DNA of 61,097 nt, the filler included. It is 8 parts of 8 records of this genome, joined end to end, with 100 filler letters (N's around TTAATTAATTAA, not from the genome) between each part and the next. Parts side by side here need not be neighbours in the genome. Positions count along the whole stretch, not along the records: positions 1 to 8,163 come from SRR31156797_20221; positions 8,264 to 14,573 come from SRR31156797_20225; 6 more parts are not named here. The stretch is one strand, 5' to 3'. The position numbers and the translations under genes were made by a program. Under the pieces are notes generated by a model, which searched no databases, was not told where the DNA came from, and was given only the letters and a program-made list of their open reading frames with translations. Below are positions 1 through 8,386 of the stretch, one piece after another (the stretch's first letter is position 1; the number at the start of each line of letters is the position of its first letter).

Positions 1-354
1 TCCCTCAGGGTAATTTTTATACACATAAGTTTTCATTCGCTTGTGCGGATAATTAGAAGATGTACTCCCTTCCTTATCCATTGCATCATTAAAGATCTTC
101 CAAAAATTTTTTCCATAATCCGGAGTGCATATTAAAGAGTCAACCTGATATGAGTAATAGCTATAACATTTAGAACAACTATGCCCAATTTGAAGATACA
201 ACATATCCCCATCTGATTTTTTATATGATAGTGTATCTTTTAAATACACAAATTCATAAACACACTTCAAAAAAGACTCATCCAATTTTTTCTGTGCATT
301 ACAAAATATAGAGGTTAAAATTATGCAGATCGACAGTAATATTTTTTTAAGCAT
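1..354 (-). CDS. GLPGLI-family protein, paralog 2 (3' end runs off the window; absent from the ORF track)
   Basis: Hand translation from ATG 354: MLKKILLSICIILTSIFCNAQKKLDESFLKCVYEFVYLKDTLSYKKSDGDMLYLQIGHSCSKCYSYYSYQVDSL...YPHKRMKTYVYKNYPEG. Has a signal peptide and shares LQIG, YSYY and PHKRxKTYVYKNYP with 726..1565. Confidence 0.85.
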   Translation of the reverse strand, partial: MLKKILLSICIILTSIFCNAQKKLDESFLKCVYEFVYLKDTLSYKKSDGDMLYLQIGHSCSKCYSYYSYQVDSLICTPDYGKNFWKIFNDAMDKEGSTSSNYPHKRMKTYVYKNYPEG

Positions 355-383
355 ACATAGGATAATTTATAAAAAATAATAAA

Positions 384-417
384 GAAGAGATCGCATTATT
401 ATAAATGTATCTCTTCT
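384..417 (-). terminator. Stem-loop between peptide gene and downstream GLPGLI gene
   Basis: AGAAGAGAT...ATCTCTTCT inverted repeat, T-rich on the minus strand after the stem. Confidence 0.5.
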
Positions 418-431
418 ATATATATACAATT

Positions 432-596
432 TTAGCAACCAGCTCTCCTAGCACCTTCTCTGGCACCTTCTTTAGCTGCATCGCTAAGCTCGTTATTCAA
501 AACTATCATTAATAAAGTAGAACAATACTCTTCTTTTGTTGTTACTTTTCCACCCATTAATTGGTCTAATTCCTGATCATTTAATAATTCTAACAT
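432..596 (-). CDS. Double-glycine-leader precursor peptide B (54 aa; absent from ORF track)
   Basis: MLELLNDQELDQLMGG|KVTTKEEYCSTLLMIVLNNELSDAAKEGAREGARRAGC*. Leader has an L-x-x-x-E-L-x-x-x-x-G-G pattern; core has two Cys. Confidence 0.85.
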   Translation of the reverse strand: MLELLNDQELDQLMGGKVTTKEEYCSTLLMIVLNNELSDAAKEGAREGARRAGC

Positions 597-726
597 GATA
601 TAATTTTTTAGAATAAAATATTTCGAGAACTACTTCGACGGATCTCATCGTCATTCAAAATTAAGTGGGCATATGCTTAAAATGCTTCTAGAAATTGCGC
701 TACATTTTATGTATGCTCCCACCTTT
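550..726. repeat. Copy 2 of an ~175-bp direct repeat (LytTR 3' remnant + intergenic region + peptide leader); copy 1 at ~1748-1920
   Basis: TTTATGTATGCTCCCACCTTT, GGGCATAT, CTACTTC and AATAATTCTAACATGATAT are shared with 1748-1920. Confidence 0.85.
654..723 (-). pseudogene. Degenerate remnant of the LytTR gene 3' end
   Basis: Translates as GGSIHKM*RNF*KHFKHMPT*F*, versus intact GGSIHKVSRNSWKYFKDMPAKF* at 1849-1917. Confidence 0.75.
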
Positions 727-1565
727 TAATATTCACGCTCAATTAAATCGTAACGCATAACTTTTTGTGAAGAATTGCTTCCTAAATCAATTCCGGTTTC
801 CATTTCTGTATAGCCTACAGAATTCATCAAGTAAGCCTTTTTTGCTTTTATAAATTCAAGTCGTTTCGTTTTTTCAAACTTTTTACTTGCCATGTAGGTC
901 TTGCTAAATACAATTGGTTCTTCTTTTTTTTCTATGCCTATCATCACAAAATGATATTGCTTGCCAATGTCATGTACCTCCATAATCAGACCCGGCAAGC
1001 CTCCAAATTTCCATGGACCATCGCTTATGGGAATTTCAGATGTAAACCATGCTATCCATTGTCTGCCTCGAAAAGTACACTTGGCCAATTGGCAGGAATT
1101 GTCCAAAATCGTTTTGGTACTATCCAAAACTTCCCAGTTCTGAGTATTTAGTTCTTCTTCATATATGTAGCCTTGCAAGGAAATTCCATCGGTAACAGTC
1201 ATTTTATCTCGTGGATAATTCTTATACACATATGTTTTTGATCTTTTATGAGGAAAACCTATTGGAATACCACCATTGGCCTTTTTTATTGCTTGTTTAA
1301 CCAGCATGCGACGCTTTTCTTTTCCCTTAGGGGTCTTACTCAGAGAATCCGATTGAAAAGTATAATAGCTATAGTTTTTAGAGATATCCTTTCCTATTTG
1401 CAGAATAATTAAATCATTTCTTACAATACTATTTAAAGTATCAAATTTCCATTTTACACTATACTGACAGATCAAATTTGTATTTCCAAACCTAGTATCC
1501 TTCTGGCATCTAACATTCAATCCCAACACTAACAAACAACTCAACAATATCAATTTAATATACAT
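726..1565 (-). CDS. GLPGLI-family exported protein
   Basis: Signal peptide and the motif AWFTSEIPISDGPWKFGGLPGLIMEV. Confidence 0.92.
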   Translation of the reverse strand: MYIKLILLSCLLVLGLNVRCQKDTRFGNTNLICQYSVKWKFDTLNSIVRNDLIILQIGKDISKNYSYYTFQSDSLSKTPKGKEKRRMLVKQAIKKANGGIPIGFPHKRSKTYVYKNYPRDKMTVTDGISLQGYIYEEELNTQNWEVLDSTKTILDNSCQLAKCTFRGRQWIAWFTSEIPISDGPWKFGGLPGLIMEVHDIGKQYHFVMIGIEKKEEPIVFSKTYMASKKFEKTKRLEFIKAKKAYLMNSVGYTEMETGIDLGSNSSQKVMRYDLIEREY

Positions 1566-1619
1566 AAGTCAAACTATTTTCTGAACAGAAGAGAGAAGCA
1601 ACTTGCTCCCCTTGTTTCA

Positions 1620-1793
1620 CTATAAACAATGTTGCTCCAATGCTGCTGCTGCAGATTCTTGCTCGCCACTGCTCCAAGAATCCCAATTGTTATCAATCAA
1701 CTTATACAATGTATTACAATATTCTACTCTTGTTGTAAGATGAGCACCCCCCATTAAATGGTCTAATTCTGCATCATTCAATAATTCTAACAT
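1620..1793 (-). CDS. Double-glycine-leader precursor peptide A (57 aa; absent from ORF track)
   Basis: MLELLNDAELDHLMGG|AHLTTRVEYCNTLYKLIDNNWDSWSSGEQESAAAALEQHCL*. Leader is 14/16 identical to peptide B; two Cys. Confidence 0.85.
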   Translation of the reverse strand: MLELLNDAELDHLMGGAHLTTRVEYCNTLYKLIDNNWDSWSSGEQESAAAALEQHCL

Positions 1794-1848
1794 GATATTA
1801 TTTTTTAATATTAATTTCGAACACTACTTCAACCGATCTCGTCGTCAT

Positions 1849-2157
1849 TTAAAATTTAGCGGGCATATCCTTAAAATATTTCCAGGAATTGCGCGACACT
1901 TTATGTATGCTCCCACCTTTCAAGCTTATTAATCTGCCAGGCTTTTTGCCTATATAAAATTTTGAATTAATTAAGGTAAATTGGTTTATTTTCAAAACAC
2001 CAGGAAAGTCAATATTCTTCTGAATATCATCCAATGAACATGGTAACATTAAATTTTTCCCATCAATATCGAAAACAAAACAAGTATTTGCCTTCCCAAT
2101 TATAAAAACGATAATATTAAAATCAATTTGTTCCAATGTTTTGTAATCATTTTTCAT
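1849..2157 (-). CDS. Stand-alone LytTR-domain protein (divergent)
   Basis: 102 aa with LytTR-like layout (I-x-F-I start; SLDDIQ; KINQFTLIN in place of RxHRSxIVN; LKGGSIHKVSR). Confidence 0.65.
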   Translation of the reverse strand: MKNDYKTLEQIDFNIIVFIIGKANTCFVFDIDGKNLMLPCSLDDIQKNIDFPGVLKINQFTLINSKFYIGKKPGRLISLKGGSIHKVSRNSWKYFKDMPAKF

Positions 2158-2205
2158 TTCTTATAGTTGAGCTCCCTATACAATCTTTATTAATTTATTG
2201 TAGGT

Positions 2206-2478
2206 TTTAGGTTCCGAAATATCCCATTTAGGTTTGCTAATGTTCTGTTTGGGTTCAGAACTGATAATTTGAGGTTAACAACTCATAAGTTTAGCTTCGG
2301 AATCCAAAATTTGAAGTTTCCTACTCATCTGTTTAGGTTAGGGACCGTAAATTTGGGGTTGCATAAGCTAAACGCTTCTATAAAAAACCCTACTGTTTCT
2401 ATTCGGAACCTAAACACTTCTATTGGTTATTTTTTAGTTCCAATTTAGAACCTTAAATCTTCTATAAAATACCAGATT
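2206..2478. repeat. Degenerate tandem array, 13 units at exact 21-bp period
   Basis: TT(T/G)RGGTT-like motif at 2206, 2227, 2248, 2269, 2290, 2311, 2332, 2353; then NYTTCTAT-like motif in the same phase at 2374, 2395, 2416, 2437, 2458. Confidence 0.85.
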
Positions 2479-2498
2479 GTATCAATTCTTATGTAAAC

Positions 2499-2990
2499 TT
2501 ATTCTTGCTCACTTGTTTCTTCTTCACCTTCCTTTTTGGTACGACTAAAGAATTGTTTTAACTCATTTTGTTTAGATTCATAGCCCGGAGCTGATGTTCC
2601 TACTTTATAGTTGGTGTAAGAATAATCATCCAAGGCTGCCTGATAATTGTCGTAGTCATGTAAAATTTTGGCATTGCTAAGACCTGTAAGCAGGTTTTCC
2701 AATCGAGAAATAATTCCCTCTAAAACAATACGACTGTTAAAATCTTTTGTATACTCATCCCAATCTACATCAGGGCTTTTTAATGCCGGCTGATTTATTG
2801 CATAGTCGTTAACTTTATTTACAAGCAATTTATTTTGCTCACTTATACTACCATACTTACGGCGTTCATCACTACTCAGGTTACTCACCGTAGCTGACAA
2901 TTCTGTTTCTAAAGCAGCCAAAGTTGTATTTACACTTTCTATTTGTTCTGCACTTAAATGTGTATTATTCAGATTTTTTAAGGTACTCAT
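2499..2990 (-). CDS. Conserved-type hypothetical alpha-helical protein (Bacteroidota)
   Basis: ORF track 2499..3011; ATG at 2990 (MSTLKN) is the more likely start. Motifs NLSSDERRKYGSISEQNKLLVNKV and LKQFF. Confidence 0.75.
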   Translation of the reverse strand: MSTLKNLNNTHLSAEQIESVNTTLAALETELSATVSNLSSDERRKYGSISEQNKLLVNKVNDYAINQPALKSPDVDWDEYTKDFNSRIVLEGIISRLENLLTGLSNAKILHDYDNYQAALDDYSYTNYKVGTSAPGYESKQNELKQFFSRTKKEGEEETSEQE

Positions 2991-3077
2991 AGATATAAAA
3001 TTAATTCGCAAATGCTTTAAATTTTCACACTCAAATACAAGTATTTAACATGAAATACTAATTGTTTTAAAGAATAC

Positions 3078-3209
3078 CTATATGTAAACTTTAGTTGGTT
3101 TCCCATCAATAATAATAACATAGTATTTCCTATCATCACCTCCTTTTAGCAAGGCTAATTCCTCTAAACTTAGTTTCTCGAATTCTTTATGATTTTCTAT
3201 TCTTTTCAT
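3078..3209 (-). CDS. Double-glycine-leader precursor peptide C (43 aa; absent from ORF track)
   Basis: MKRIENHKEFEKLSLEELALLKGG|DDRKYYVIIIDGKPTKVYI*. Canonical F-x-x-L-S-x-x-E-L-x-x-x-x-G-G leader. Confidence 0.85.
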   Translation of the reverse strand: MKRIENHKEFEKLSLEELALLKGGDDRKYYVIIIDGKPTKVYI

Positions 3210-3656
3210 AATTTTAAATTTTAATACCGTTTAAGTTTTGTTGTTAGTCATTTACACAAAACAAATACTAAATTGAAATACCTATATAATAGCAGTAGTT
3301 TTATACATTAAACATATATCATAAATTCAATAAAAAAGATTAGGTTTTAAATCCTGTATAATTAGAAATCTAACCAAATAAAGGTTGTTTTCTAATCGAC
3401 ACAGTAAAATTGATTAGGCTATAAACAGAACTATGTAGTATTAAATAATACAAGCAACAAGCACACTAAAGACAGGTGAAAAATACTGATGTAATTCTCT
3501 TTTATAATCGCTAGATTAGATTTCTACTACATTTGATTAGCTAACTCAATTGGTTTCGGTTAAATAAATATTAAATTTTATTTGTAAATTATGTAATTTA
3601 TAATAGTTCTATTATAATTCATTTTCTTTTTGAGAAATGATCAATATATTTACTTT

Positions 3657-5027
3657 ATGAAAACTAAATTATTCCAAAGTCTGGTTGTAACTATGATATT
3701 AGTACTTACCTTACTTGTTTTTTCTCAACTAATGTGGTTGAATCAACAAATGGTGCAGGAAAAAAAAACTTTTCAAGTCAAACTGGAAAGAAGTTTGCAA
3801 AGCATGCTTAACTTTCATGCTTTGCAAGGTTATACTACTCCCAATCCCAAAAAACCTAACACAGCCACAATTAATATCGAAGAAACAACAACAAAAGAAA
3901 TAGACAAAGACCCCTCGAATAGATTAGGACAATATGAAATTAGCACTAAAAACTACACTACAAATTTTTCTTTATATAAGGCTCTTGAAGCAGTTTACAC
4001 AGATATCAGTTTAAATAGAAAAAAAATACATTTAAGCGTTGTAGACTCTTTGTTTCGACACAATTTTACAGAATTGAACTTTATAGAAAGTTACAACATG
4101 CGGCTTTCTAAAAATGGAGAAACGATCGATAGCGTATCCTCTAATAAAGATCCTGCATTAAAACCCTCGCAAAATATTACTCACATAATTATTCCACTTG
4201 GAACAAAAAAAGAATATGTTTTCACTGCTAATTTCAGGCTAAAAAGCTTACCCTTCTTGCACTCAATGTTATACTCTATCAGTATTTCTGGTATTGCTGT
4301 TATTCTTGTAGCCCTTTTTATATTGTGGTTACTTATTAAACTGAATCAAAAAATAAATGAATTGCAATGGCGCGAACAGGCTGTTAGTGGCATTGTACAC
4401 GATTTAAAATCGCCTGTATCGTTCACCTATACATTTTTGGACTACCTCGCTAGCAAAGAAGATTCTCCTTCAAGGCAAAAACAACTATATAATGCAAGCT
4501 CAAATATCTCCAAACTAAGCCATAAAATTGAACTAATTTTGACCTTGTTTCGCGGCAATAAGAAGGAAATTGTTATGACCCCCAAAATTTTTCCTCTTTC
4601 AAAAAAATGTGATGAAATATTATCAGAATTAAATGTTATCTATCAAGAGAAACAAGCAAAATGTGATGTAAACATTGACCAAGATCTAAATTTAAGAGTA
4701 GATCCTTTGTATTTTGAGATGGCATTACGAAACCTGATCGATAATGCCTTTAAATATTCTAATACTCCTGCTAAAATAAATATTACTGCTAAAAGTGTTA
4801 ATAAAGAATTATACATTTACATTAAAGATTCAGGAAAAGGCATTCCACAAAATGAACAAAAGAAAGTATTTCTGGAATTTTATCGTGCCAACAATAACAT
4901 AAAAGGACACGGCATCGGCTTATCGTTTAGTAGGCAAATTATAAAAGCCCACAATGGCAAAATTGAATTGAAAAGTAAGATTGGGGAAGGAAGTACTTTT
5001 TGTATCGTCTTACCTCTGGAAAATTGA
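3657..5027 (+). CDS. Membrane sensor histidine kinase
   Basis: Two TM segments; H-box HDLKSP, N-box NLIDNAFKY, G1 DSGKGI, G2 GHGIGL. ATG at 3657 is preferred over TTG at 3630. Confidence 0.95.
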   Translation: MKTKLFQSLVVTMILVLTLLVFSQLMWLNQQMVQEKKTFQVKLERSLQSMLNFHALQGYTTPNPKKPNTATINIEETTTKEIDKDPSNRLGQYEISTKNYTTNFSLYKALEAVYTDISLNRKKIHLSVVDSLFRHNFTELNFIESYNMRLSKNGETIDSVSSNKDPALKPSQNITHIIIPLGTKKEYVFTANFRLKSLPFLHSMLYSISISGIAVILVALFILWLLIKLNQKINELQWREQAVSGIVHDLKSPVSFTYTFLDYLASKEDSPSRQKQLYNASSNISKLSHKIELILTLFRGNKKEIVMTPKIFPLSKKCDEILSELNVIYQEKQAKCDVNIDQDLNLRVDPLYFEMALRNLIDNAFKYSNTPAKINITAKSVNKELYIYIKDSGKGIPQNEQKKVFLEFYRANNNIKGHGIGLSFSRQIIKAHNGKIELKSKIGEGSTFCIVLPLEN

Positions 5028-5057
5028 AACATGAGTTAAAACAGAGACTTTTATAAC

Positions 5058-5741
5058 ATGAAACAGTTGAAAGTAATATTTGTTGATGATGATATTAACT
5101 TAGGTAAATTTGTTAGTAGTGTACTGGAAAGTGATTACAATTACAAGGTGCATTTCCAAAATACAACGTTAGGAATCAATCATATTATTGAAGATTTCAC
5201 CCCTGATATTATTATTTTAGACGTCGAAATTGGAGACACAAATGGAATTGAAACTGCCGAAAGTATTATTGTCAGTCATCCACAAATTCCAATACTTTTT
5301 GTATCATCTCACAGCGAGGAAGAATTTATAACCCGAGGAATTGATGTTGGAGGAAATGCTTACATCTCTAAGCCAATATCTATTCCAATTCTTGTTTCCT
5401 ATATAAAACGTTTTACTTCAAATAAAACAATAGAACAATCACTAATAATATCTGATTATAAATTAGACCTTGAAACCAACAATTTATATTTTGAAAATAG
5501 CTTGCTAAAAAAACTTAGCCCCTTTGAAAAAAATGCTTTAGAAATATTGATACTAAATCCTAATAAAATAGTTAGTAAAGAACAGTTAGCTGAAAAACTG
5601 TGGGGATACTCCTTGGAAAAACAAAATCCGGCTAGTATACACAATACTCTATCTAAATTGAGAGATTTATTTAAAGAAAATAAGTCTATTCAAATTGATA
5701 CGATAAGAGGTGTTGGCTACATTTTCCATTATAAAAAATGA
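5058..5741 (+). CDS. OmpR-family response regulator
   Basis: Receiver domain (VDDD, ILDV, SKP) plus winged-helix C-terminus (TIRGVGY). Confidence 0.95.
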   Translation: MKQLKVIFVDDDINLGKFVSSVLESDYNYKVHFQNTTLGINHIIEDFTPDIIILDVEIGDTNGIETAESIIVSHPQIPILFVSSHSEEEFITRGIDVGGNAYISKPISIPILVSYIKRFTSNKTIEQSLIISDYKLDLETNNLYFENSLLKKLSPFEKNALEILILNPNKIVSKEQLAEKLWGYSLEKQNPASIHNTLSKLRDLFKENKSIQIDTIRGVGYIFHYKK

Positions 5742-5770
5742 GGAAAATAATATATCACTTTCCTCATTTT
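5735..5770. terminator. Bidirectional terminator between convergent genes
   Basis: AAAATGAGGAAA / TTTCCTCATTTT perfect 12-bp stem. Confidence 0.75.
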
Positions 5771-5780
5771 CTTACTTTAT

Positions 5781-6107
5781 CTAAGCTTGTCCTGTCGGTC
5801 CAAAATTCATTGGAATTACCGGACCTTGTGGTCCTTGATTTGGTTCCACATTTTTAATAGGTCCATTCATTGCTTCAAACTTACTGATGTTATCCTGAAG
5901 AGCTAGCATTAATCTTTTAGCGTGCTCTGGTGTAAGTATAATTCGAGATTTAACATCTGCTTTTGGTACTCCCGGCATTACTCTAACAAAATCCACAACA
6001 AATTCTGAAGACGAATGTGTAATAACGGCAAGGTTAGAATAGGTTCCTTGTGCCACTTCTTCTGTCAATTGAATATCTATTTGATTGGATTGCTTTTTAT
6101 CGCTCAT
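5781..6107 (-). CDS. DUF3467 family protein
   Basis: GTYSNLAVITHSSSEFVVDF...RIILTPEHAKRL; usual position downstream of rpoC in Bacteroidota. Confidence 0.88.
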   Translation of the reverse strand: MSDKKQSNQIDIQLTEEVAQGTYSNLAVITHSSSEFVVDFVRVMPGVPKADVKSRIILTPEHAKRLMLALQDNISKFEAMNGPIKNVEPNQGPQGPVIPMNFGPTGQA

Positions 6108-6190
6108 GATAAATTCATTTATAGTTTTAAAAATTGTGTATAGGTAAAATTAGGAAATATATTTTGAAAGAAGCATTAAATATGAACAAT

Positions 6191-6224
6191 AAAAAAGGGT
6201 GTTTCCAAATTGGAAACACCCTTT
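6191..6224 (-). terminator. rpoC intrinsic terminator
   Basis: AAAGGGTGTTTCCA-AAT-TGGAAACACCCTTT with a T-tract on the minus strand. Confidence 0.85.
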
Positions 6225-6242
6225 ACTTATAGAGTTCTTATC

Positions 6243-8163
6243 TTAGAAATCTGATTTGGTTTCAAGAAGTTTTTCATATTCTTCTTTCGCTCCAACAACA
6301 ACATCTTTGTATTCTCTTAAACCTGTACCAGCAGGAATCAAGTGTCCACAAATAACATTCTCTTTCAGACCTTCTAATTTATCAATTTTACCGCTAATAG
6401 CAGCTTCGTTCAGTACTTTCGTAGTTTCCTGGAACGATGCAGCTGAGATGAAACTCTTAGTTTGAAGAGCAGCACGAGTAATACCTTGCAAAATCTGAGT
6501 AGATGTTGCGGCAATAGCCTCACGTCCTTCAACTAATTTCAAGTCTCTACGTCTTAAGATAGAATTCACATCTCTAAGCTTTCTAGCAGTTACGATTTGA
6601 CCAGCTTTCAATTCATCAGAATCACCAGCATCAACAATGACTTTCTTACCGAAAATTTCATCATTTTCCTGCATGAATACCATCTTGTCAATAACTTGTT
6701 TTTCCAAGAATTTAGTATCTCCCGGATCAGCGATAATTACTTTACGCATCATCTGACGTACAATAATCTCGAAGTGCTTATCATTAATTTTCACACCCTG
6801 CATACGATATACATCCTGTACCTCGTTCACGATATATTCCTGAACTTTTGTAGGTCCTTTAATAGATAGAATATCTGCTGGTGTTGTAGCACCTTCTGAT
6901 AACGGAGTACCAGCTCTTACATAGTCATTCTCCTGAACAAGGATTTGCTTAGAAAGAGGTACCAAGTACTTCTTAACATCTCCTGCTTTGGTTGTAACTA
7001 CAACCTCACGGTTACCACGCTTAATTTTACCAAAAGTAATCTCACCATCAACCTCAGATACAACAGCTGGATTAGATGGATTACGAGCCTCGAATAACTC
7101 AGTAACACGAGGAAGACCCCCGGTGATATCACCTGCTTTACCAAGAGCTCTAGGAATCTTAACAACAGATTGACCAGAAACAACCATCTCTCCTTCTGAA
7201 ACAGAAATGTGAGCACCTACTGGTAAGTTATAAGATTTTAGAACCTCACCTGATGAGCTTAAGATCTTAACACTTGGGTTTTTAGTCTTATCCTTAGATT
7301 CTGTAATTACTTTTTCAGCAAAACCAGTCGCTTCATCCGATTCCTCAGTATAAGTAACACCTGCGATTAAGTTTTCGAAGGTAACCTTACCAGAGAATTC
7401 AGTAACGATCATTGCATTATAAGGGTCCCATTCACAAATAAGATCACCTTTCTTAACATCCTGACCATCCTTAATATACAATTTAGATCCGTAAGGAATT
7501 GTATGAGTAGTCAATGTAATGTTTGTATTCTTATCGATAATACGTAATTCAGCCAATCGACCAATAACAACGTCGTGCTTAGCACCTTCTTCAGGAGTAT
7601 GCTCAACCGTTCTTAATTCTTCAAATTCAGCGTAACCATCGTATTTTGATTCAACAGAGTTTTCGGCAGAAACGTTACCCGCAGTACCCCCTACGTGGAA
7701 GGTACGAAGAGTAAGCTGTGTACCCGGCTCACCAATTGACTGAGCTGCAATAACACCAACTGCTTCACCTTTTTGAACTGCTTTACCTGTTGCAAGATTT
7801 CGTCCGTAACATTTAGCACAAACACCTCTTTTTGATTCACAAGTAAGAACTGAACGAATCTCAACTCTTTCGATTGGAGATTTCTCAATTACTTGAGCAA
7901 TTTCCTCGGTAATTTCAACACCCGACTTAACAATTAACTCTCCTGAAATAGGATTGTAAACATCATGAACGGTTGTTCTACCAAGAATTCTCTCGTATAG
8001 CGAAGCTACAATTTCTTCCTGATTCTTAATTGCTGTTGCAGTTAAACCTCTAAGAGTTCCACAATCTTGCTCATTAATAATAACATCCTGAGCAACATCA
8101 ACCAAACGACGAGTTAAGTAACCCGCATCAGCAGTTTTAAGAGCCGTATCCGCAAGACCTTTA
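6243..8163 (-). CDS. rpoC: RNA polymerase beta' subunit, C-terminal part (5' truncated at contig edge)
   Basis: [69 protein letters not shown]. Confidence 0.99.
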
Positions 8164-8263
8164 NNNNNNNNNNNNNNNNNNNNNNNNNNNNNNNNNNNNN
8201 NNNNNNNTTAATTAATTAANNNNNNNNNNNNNNNNNNNNNNNNNNNNNNNNNNNNNNNNNNNN
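8164..8263. other. Artificial contig linker
   Basis: N-run + TTAATTAATTAA + N-run, 100 nt. Confidence 0.98.
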
Positions 8264-8290
8264 TCGAAGGTTCGAATCCTTCCACACTCA
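8264..8290 (+). tRNA. 3' fragment of a tRNA gene (isotype not determinable)
   Basis: T-arm GAAGG-TTCGAAT-CCTTC followed by acceptor strand CACACTC-A at the contig start. Confidence 0.7.
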
Positions 8291-8291
8291 C

Positions 8292-8325
8292 AACAGTCCT
8301 TGAATTCAAGGACTGTTTCTTTTTT
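8292..8325 (+). terminator. Terminator after tRNA
   Basis: Palindrome AACAGTCCTTGAATTCAAGGACTGTT followed by a T-tract. Confidence 0.75.
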
Positions 8326-8386
8326 ATATGGTATTTTTTCTTCAATTTTACTATTTTCAATTTCAATTAAAATGGAGACTAAACAC

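Noticed and set aside
2206-2478. 21-bp array as a CRISPR
   Set aside because: The conserved part is only ~8 bp and degenerate, the period is far shorter than repeat + spacer, and no cas genes are present.
2490-3091. 11-bp direct repeat TATGTAAACTT (2490 and 3081) flanking the hypothetical gene, as a target-site duplication
   Set aside because: AT-rich, no transposase or terminal inverted repeats, and one copy lies inside a peptide coding region; chance is plausible.
8164-8263. TTAATTAATTAA recurring seven times within N-runs
   Set aside because: Artificial six-frame-stop linker. Gene neighbourhoods across linkers, and ORF tails ending in X...LIN, have no biological meaning.
8300-8386. N-terminal extension of the homoaconitase ORF
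   Set aside because: Overlaps the tRNA terminator; the RBS supports ATG 8387.
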